Positions 55,518-64,000 of a stretch of 64,000 bases of DNA are shown here, piece by piece (position 1 is the stretch's first letter; every line of letters begins with the position of its first letter). The stretch comes from Macrostomum lignano. Lineage: Eukaryota. The DNA lies in assembly GCA_002269645.1 (NCBI GenBank), contig NIVC01001897.1:175979-239978 (forward strand), given 5' to 3'. The position numbers were made by a program, and so were the translations under genes. Under the pieces are notes generated by a model, which did no database searches, was not told the origin of the DNA, and saw only the letters and a program-made list of their open reading frames with translations.

Positions 55518-55791
55518 CTACTTACTGCGTAATTTTCTATGCTAAGTCTCAGATAGCTCGTAGCTTTACGAGTATTGCATGAACAACGCAACGTAGCGCT
55601 TTATACATAAACAATTCTGCTCTAACGTGCTGAAAATTGGCAAAATCTGAGTTTTACTATGACTGCTGATCTTAAAACAAAAATTAAGCCTCTAAAAAAC
55701 TGGTAATATTTAATTATTTCTACAATATGTTTCATTTTTCATCGGATAAAAACTTCAATAAAGAAATTTATGTATCCTCCTATACTAAATT

Positions 55792-57051
<1,260 letters not shown>

Positions 57052-57479
57052 GGAATTTCACTCCACAGGTTGAATTTTCTCGCGTTTTCTGCAAAAAACA
57101 TTCAGTTATGCATATCGTTTCCGTTAACTTGTTGAAATGTAGTAGATGAGTTAGCACATACTATTACTCGTATATCAAAACTTGAACTATTTTTTATCAA
57201 TAAATTTGATAAAATTTGCAAATCATAGTTTATTACTCAATAGTATGTGTACAGGGGAATTAAGTGAATTAGAAAATTAATTTGTCTACAAGCTTACTTT
57301 CAGTACAGTAAAACAAAATTGCGTTATTACTTGTAAAAGCGTGACAAAAACGTTTTTATAGGAAATCTGAAGAAAAAATAAATTCATTTCTCTGAGAAAT
57401 TTCTGAGAAACTCATCGTTAAACAAAAAGTTTAAATTGAAAACTCACACTTGTAAACGGGGGGGGCAGGGAGGGAATAG

Positions 57480-58820
57480 CTGCACCCACTGAAGGATCAG
57501 GGAGGGGATAGCTGCACAGACCCACTGAAGAATCAGGGAGGGGGTAGCGGTGACCCACTGAAGAATCAGGGAGGGGGTAGCGGTGACCACTGAAGAATCA
57601 GGGAGGGGGTAGCGGTGACCCACTGAAGGATCAGGGAGTGAATAGCGGTGACCACTGAAGAATCAGGGAGGGGATAGCTGTGACCACTGAAGGATCAGGG
57701 AGGGCAGCGGTGACCACTGAAGGATCAGGGAGTGAATAGCGGTGACCACTAAAGAATCAGGGAGGGAATAGCTGCACTCACTGAAGAATCAGGGAGGGGC
57801 AGCGGTGACCACTAAAGAATCAGGGAGGGAATAGCTGCACCCACTGAAGAATCAGGGAGGGGCAGCGGTGACCACTAAAGAATCAGGGAGGGAATAGCTG
57901 CACCCACTGAAGAATCAGGGAGGGGGTAGCGGTGACCACTGAAGAATCAGGGAGGGGGTAGCGGTGACCCACTGAAGGATCAGGAAGGGGTAGCGGTGAC
58001 CACTGAAGAATCAGGGAGGGGTAGCGGTGACCCATTGAAGAATCAGGGAGGGGATAGCGGTCACCACTGAAGAATCAGGGAGGGGATAGCGGTCACCACT
58101 GAAGAATCAGGGAGGGGATAGCGGTCACCACTGAAGAATCAGGGAGGGATAGCGGTCACCACTGAAGAATCAGGGAGGGGATAGCGGTCACCACTGAAGA
58201 ATCAGGGAGGGGATAGCGGTCACCACTGAAGAATCAGGGAGGGGATAGCGGTCACCACTGAAGAATCAGGGAGGGGATAGCGGTCACCACTGAAGAATCA
58301 GGGAGGGGATAGCGGTGACCCATTGAAGAATCAGGGAGGGGATAGCGGTGACCCATAGAAGAATCAGGGAGGGGATAGCGGTGACCCACTGAAGGATCAG
58401 GGAGGGAATAGCGGTGACCACTGAAGAAATCAGGGAGGGGATAGCGGTGACCACTGAAGAAATCAGGGAGGGGATAGCGGTGACCCATTGAAGAATCAGG
58501 GAGGGGATAGCGGTGACCCACTGAAGGATCAGGGAGGGAATAGCGGTGACCCACTGAAGAATCAGGGAGGGGTAGCGGTGACCCATTGAAGGATCAGGGA
58601 GTGAATAGCGGTGACCACTGAAGGATCAGGGAGGGGCAGCGGGGACCACTGAAGGATCAGGGAGGGGTAGCGGTGACCACTGAAGAAATCAGGGAGGGAA
58701 TAGCTGCATCCACTGAAGGATCAGGGAGGGGTAGCGGTGACCACTGAAGAAATCAGGGAGGGAATAGCTGCACCCACTGAAGGATCAGGGAGGGGTAGCG
58801 GTGACCACTGAAGAATCAGA
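57480..58820. repeat. 31-33-bp minisatellite (ACCACTGAAGAATCAGGGAGGGGATAGCGGT[C/G])n
   Basis: Period of 32 bp measured between 58081 and 58113. Confidence 0.95.
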
Positions 58821-58912
58821 GGGGTTACTTGAAGCAACTATAGCACACAACGTGTCTAATTGATCAATTACTAAAAATGAGCTCAGCACGTCACTGCAGG
58901 AGTCCATCGGTC

Positions 58913-60655
58913 TCAGCAGTCGCTCCCCAGCTGCTGACTGGCCAACAAATCGTCCAGGCATCGAGCTTTGCCCACCTCCGGCAGCCAGCAGGTGACCTTC
59001 TCCACAGCGTAGGCGTGCCGCTCCGCAGACCAACCAGACGATGGACGGTTCTGCATCACCTGAGTGAGGCTGCGGGCCAGGAACTGCTCCAAGCAGGGCA
59101 GCGGCTCCTTGTTAGATCCAGCAGCTGGAGCTCTAGCTCGACGTTTCTGATTACGCTGATGCAATCTTGCAGGCTGCACGACTGTCGGGATGGTGGCCAG
59201 GGATCGGGTCCTGGTGATTGTCGAACTGCCTGCTGCTGTTGTCTTTGAGGTTGTCGTTTTTCGCGCTGTCAGGATGGAGCTTCCGATGGGTGCAGGATGC
59301 TGGTGGCCCAGAAGCCAGCGTTGCAGACTGTAGGTTCGAATCGGCTGCTGTTGCTGTTGCTGCTGCTGGTGCTGTTTCGGTGCACTTATTGAATGCTGAT
59401 AGTTGACTGCTCTTGGATGTCTGGAAAGTTTTTTTAAAGAAAAAAATTATTCCAAATTGCTGTTTTAGTTTTAGCCTGAATTTTTATCGGAATGTCAATC
59501 TCTATGTCACTCATTTGTCACTCTTAACTGTCACCCTCAATTGTCACTGTCATTGTCACTCTCATTTGTCATTCCCATTTGTCACTCTTTATTGTCACTC
59601 CCGTTTATCATTCTCATTGTCTCTCTCAGTTGTCACTCGGTTTGTCACTCTTAATCGGCACTCTCATTGTCACTCTTAATTGTCACTCATTTGTCACTTT
59701 CAATTGTCAATCTCATTTGTCGCTCTCAATTGTCAATCTCATTTGTCACTCTCAATTGTCAATCTCATTTGTCACTCTTTATTGTCAATCCCGTTTGTCT
59801 CTCTCAATTGTCATTCTCATTTGTCACTCTCATTTGTCACTCTCAATTGTCAATCTCATTTGTCACTCTTTATTGTCAATCCCGTTTGTCTCTCTCAATT
59901 GTCATTCTCATTTGTCACTCTCATTTGTCACTCTCAATTGTCACTCTCATTGTCACTCAATTTTCACTCTCATTTGTCATTCTCATTTGTCAATCACATT
60001 TTTCACTCTCATTTGTCACTCTCAATTGTCACTCTCATTGTCACTCAATTTTCACTCTCATTTGTCACTCTCATCTGTCAATCTCATTTTTCACTCTTAT
60101 TTGTCACTCTCAATTGTCAATCTCATTTGTCACTCTTTATTGTCAATCCCGTTTGTCTCTCTCAATTGTCATTCTCATTTGTCACTCTCATTTGTCACTC
60201 TCAATTGTCACTCTCATTGTCACTCAATTTTCACTCTCATTTGTCACTCTCATCTGTCAATCTCATTTTTCACTCTCATTTGTCACTCTCATTTGTCACT
60301 CTCATTTATCACTCTCAATTGTCACTCTCATTTGTCACTCTCATTTGTCACTCAATTGTCAATCTCAATTGTCACACAATAGTCATTCTTAAAGTCAAAT
60401 CAATGTTAATTCACGTCTTAATTTTAGTCGCAAAAAGAAACAGCTCATTTTTAGCATAGGCGGATATTTCAATCTCTATTCAGCCGATCTGTTCCCATCA
60501 GCTCACCCAGCAGTCTCAGTCTGCAGGCGTCGTTTCCCTATCGCCGGAGTGACAAAATCTTTCCTACTTAACTGCGACTTGGACAGCCGTGACAGTTCAA
60601 GATCCACAGCAGCTGTTGCCATTGCTGTTGTTTTCTTCTTTTGCACAAGAAGACT
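58913..60655 (-). CDS. 3' exons of an unidentified gene (putative exons 60655-60507 and 59420-58913)
   Basis: GTGAGC donor at 60506 and TTTCCAG acceptor at 59421 are phase-2 compatible. The joined frame reads ...LSKSQLSRKDFVTPAIGKRRLQTETAG|HPRAVNYQHSISAPKQHQQQ...KEPLPCLEQFLARSL...DC*. Upstream exons are unresolved. Confidence 0.45.
59505..60385. repeat. Degenerate ~12-13-bp (TCATTTGTCACTC)n repeat with higher-order duplication, intronic
   Basis: Directly visible. Confidence 0.9.
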
Positions 60656-61199
60656 CTTCGTAAACAAGAACCGTTAGCTATCTATAGCCCTGTCTGGCTG
60701 TCTGGCAATTCTGCACAAAATTTATAGACACTGTAAGTGGTTGGACAGCTAGTTTTAGCACTTAATTCTGTTTGGCTCTTGCATGAGCACTCTTTGGAGG
60801 GGGGAGAGAGATGGAGAAGAGACCACCCGGTGAGAATTGAACACGAGGTGCTGGCGTGCATGGCGCCTGAGAATTGCTGCCGATGAGTTGAAAATCCTGA
60901 ACTTCTTCAAGTTCATTTCTAGCTGTTTGTGCGCTTCATTGAAATTGGAAAATAATGAGCTGGAAATTTTGACAAATAGAATTATTTAGATTGGATGACT
61001 GACAGGTACGGTTTGTGTGCAAGCCGTGTGCCGGCGGCTGTTTCCTCTCGCTCTCCAGTCTGGCTATGCGCAATTTTCTTCTTGCTATGGTCCTTCTAAT
61101 CTCACACCTGCTTGTAGCCTTGCCGTGTCCCTGTCACACCTTGCCTTTGTCTAATAGGTTATGCAGATAGCTCTGTTCCTGCCTGGATTGCTTCACCCC

Positions 61200-62030
61200 C
61201 TCCACTCCTATCTCCTCTCATTCTCTCTGTCCTCTCTCCTCTCTCCTCTCTCTTCTCTCCTCTCTCTTCTCCTCTCCTCTCTCCTCTCTCCTCTCCTCTC
61301 CTCTCTCTCCTCTCTCCTCTCTCCTCTCCTATTTCCTCTTCTCTTCTCTCTCCTCTCCTATTTCCTCTTCTCTCCTATCCTCTCCTCTCTTCTCTCCTCT
61401 CTTCTCCTCTCCTCTCTTCTCATCTCCTCTTCTCTCTCCTCTCCTCTCTTCTCTCTTCTCTCTCCTCTCCTCTCTCCTCTCTCCTCTCTCCTATTTCCTC
61501 TCCTCTCCTCTCTCCTCTCCTCTCTTCTCTCCTCGCTTCTCCCCTCTCCTCTCTTCTCTCCTCTTCTCCTCTCCTCCCTTCTCTCCTCTTCTCCTCTCCT
61601 CTTTTCTCATCTCCTCTTCTCTCTACTCTCCTCTCTTCTCTCTTATCTTCTCTCTTCTCTCTCTCCTCTTCTCTCTTCTCTCTTCTCTCTCCTCTCCTCT
61701 CTCCTCTCTCCTCTCTCCTATTTCCTCTCCTCTCCTCTCTCCTCTCCTCTCTTCTCTCCTCGCTTCTCCCCTCTCCTCTCTTCTCTCCTCTTCTCCTCTC
61801 CTCCCTTCTCTCCTCTTCTCCTCTCCTCTTTTCTCATCTCCTCTTCTCTCTACTCTCCTCTCTTCTCTCTTATCTTCTCTATTCTCTCTCCTCTCTCTTC
61901 CACTCTCCTCTTTCCTCTCTCCTCTCCTCTCTCCTCTCCTCCTTCCTTTCATTTTTCTCTCCTATCTTCTCTCCCTTCTCTCCTGTCTCCTATCTCTTCT
62001 CTCCTCTCTTCTCTTTCCTGTCTTCTCTCT
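61200..62030. repeat. (CTCTC/TCTCC)n polypyrimidine low-complexity tract
   Basis: Directly visible. Confidence 0.93.
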
Positions 62031-62609
62031 ATTCTTAGCCGCATATTCTCTCGAACGCCAGTCAAATAGCTTCTCCCATGCAGTTTTTATCCTTACGTAG
62101 CCGGCTATTTCCGTTAATTCCTCTATTTTATTGTAATATTTTCGTCTATTTTAGTCAGCCCATTGTCTCAAAAAAGGAATAGAAAAATAGTCGGCTTTTT
62201 TTCCTAATCTGCCTTCTCCTCCTACTATAGCTGACTGCATGGAGTATAGTCTCACCAGCCTTAGCGGTAGGCGGGCCACTCCAGCTCTTCAACCTGCCTG
62301 AGCGGTTGGCTTCAATTGGGTGTGCAGCCCCTACCCCCTACCGTAGACTCTTTTGAGAGCTGCTGGAGGAGCATTGATGAAGCCGATAAATGAGCCAAGG
62401 CGCGTGGGCGCTGTGGGGAAGGGAGGAGGCGCTTTTGCCTGCCAGGGCCTGCGCTGAGCACTGCCATCTGTTTGCTTTCGCGCTGTTGCTATGGGTGGAG
62501 GATTCAATAGTATGGTAAATCATTAGCTAGTTTTTGTTTGTATTACCGATTGAGTTGCTGCTTTGAGTTGAGAGATGCAGTCAGTTTTATGGCTTTTCCG
62601 TTCCAATAG

Positions 62610-63230
62610 ATTCCCAAATGCCAAACTTCCCAAATCCCAAGCTTCCCAAATCCCAAACTTCCCGAATCCCAAACTTCCCAAATCCCAAACTTCCCAAATC
62701 CACAAAGTCCCAAATCCATAAACTTCCCGAATCCCAAACTTCCCAAAACCCAAACTTCCCAAATCCACAAAGTCCCAAATCCATAAACTTCCCGAATCCT
62801 AAACTTACCAAATCCCAAACTTCCCAAATCCACAAAGTCCCAAATCCATAAACTTCCCGAATCCTAAACTTACCAAATCCATAAAATTCCCAAGTCTTAA
62901 AATTTCCAAATCCCAAACTTTTCGAATCCCAAACTTCCCCAATCCCAAACTTCCCGAATCCACAAAGTCCCAAATCCATAAACTTCCCGAATCCTAAACT
63001 TCCCAAATCCCAAACTTCCCAAGTCCCAAAATTCCCAAATCCCAAGCTTCCCAAGTCCCAAACTTCCCAAATCCATAAAATTTCCAAATCCCAAACTTCC
63101 CAAGCTTCCCAAACTTCCCAAACTTTCCAAATCCCAAGCTTCCCAAACTTCCCAAATCCCAAACTTCCCAAATCCTAAACTTCCCGAATCCCAAACTTTC
63201 AGAATCCAAATGTTGCCCCAAATCCCAAAC
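62610..63230. repeat. 8/16-bp (CCCAAACTTCCCAAAT)n repeat
   Basis: Directly visible. Confidence 0.92.
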
Positions 63231-63799
63231 TCTAAAAATAATTGAAATGTACCTACTATTTCTAATCTTAATACTATTTCTAGAAATGACGGAAAGTTAC
63301 AGAGTACAAACGCTGTATGGTATTTTTACTCGCAAGTTGTACTGTGAGCTTCTAAAATAGTGATTTAAGCCGTCATATACTACTATCAAAAATAAAAGTA
63401 GCAAAATTAACAGGCTATAGAGTTTTAATTAAAAAAACAGATTAATAAACAGCATATTCATGTAAAATAATTCTGAAATACTCGTAACTGTCAAATCAGG
63501 CTTTTTTCATAAAGCATTATACGAGGCGTTGACTACATCATTAATTTAAAGTCTCTAACTATGCATTTTTCTTTTAGCTTATTTCTAAACTCAATTTTTG
63601 AAATTATTTTTCTATGAAGAACTTTAAAGGCGTTCGAAAAAAAATTCGCGCTTCAGTTCGGCAGTTTTCGTTTGTGCTTACTATTAGTAGTGCCTGTCAC
63701 TAGCTATGACTATAACCTAGCTTTAGCCTACAATCAGGTGTTCTTTGGTGTTTGACGATCCATTAATTCCTAACTCTAGCTTAAAAAGTCTATGAGAAC

Positions 63800-64000
63800 T
63801 GGAGAGGTAGATAGTGGAGAGAAAGAGAGAGGTAGATAGTGGAAAGAAGGAGAGAGGTAGACGATTAAGGGAGAGATAGAGAAAGAAGGAGAGAAAGAGA
63901 GCGGAAGAGAAAGAGAGAGAAAAGCAGAGAGGTAGAGAGAGGAGGTGAGAGGTGGAGAGATGAAAGGAGAGGTAGAGAAAGGAGGGGAGAGTTAGAGACA
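63800..64000. repeat. GA-rich low-complexity tract
   Basis: Directly visible. Confidence 0.8.

Overview
Eukaryotic (animal) genomic DNA. GC-rich exons sit among AT-rich spacers and introns packed with micro- and minisatellites. The overall style resembles the flatworm Macrostomum lignano, but that is inference only. I reconstructed spliced models by hand from GT/AG boundaries and reading-frame phase. From left to right: (1) a 5-exon LRR-Ig-TM receptor gene on the minus strand with an 11/22-mer cytoplasmic repeat; (2) a disrupted SLC35A4-like nucleotide-sugar transporter; (3) a small, easily missed calcitonin-type neuropeptide precursor (KR-YC...C...P-GKR, 32-aa mature peptide); (4) an intronless 873-aa Gln-rich orphan ORF; (5) a 4-exon SEC14L/CRAL-TRIO+GOLD gene; (6) a complete 9.3-kb CACTA/EnSpm (CMC) DNA transposon with TIRs, a 3-bp TSD, a transposase and a spliced second gene; (7) an 8-exon MAP10-like gene whose exon-4 splice donor is tandemly amplified about 36 times in frame; (8) an intronless coiled-coil plus NHL/beta-propeller gene with a decayed tandem paralog; (9) exons of an unidentified minus-strand gene; and two hAT-type MITEs. 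Most long ORFs in the ORF track are artefacts of stop-free tandem repeats. I found no rRNA, tRNA or CRISPR array.
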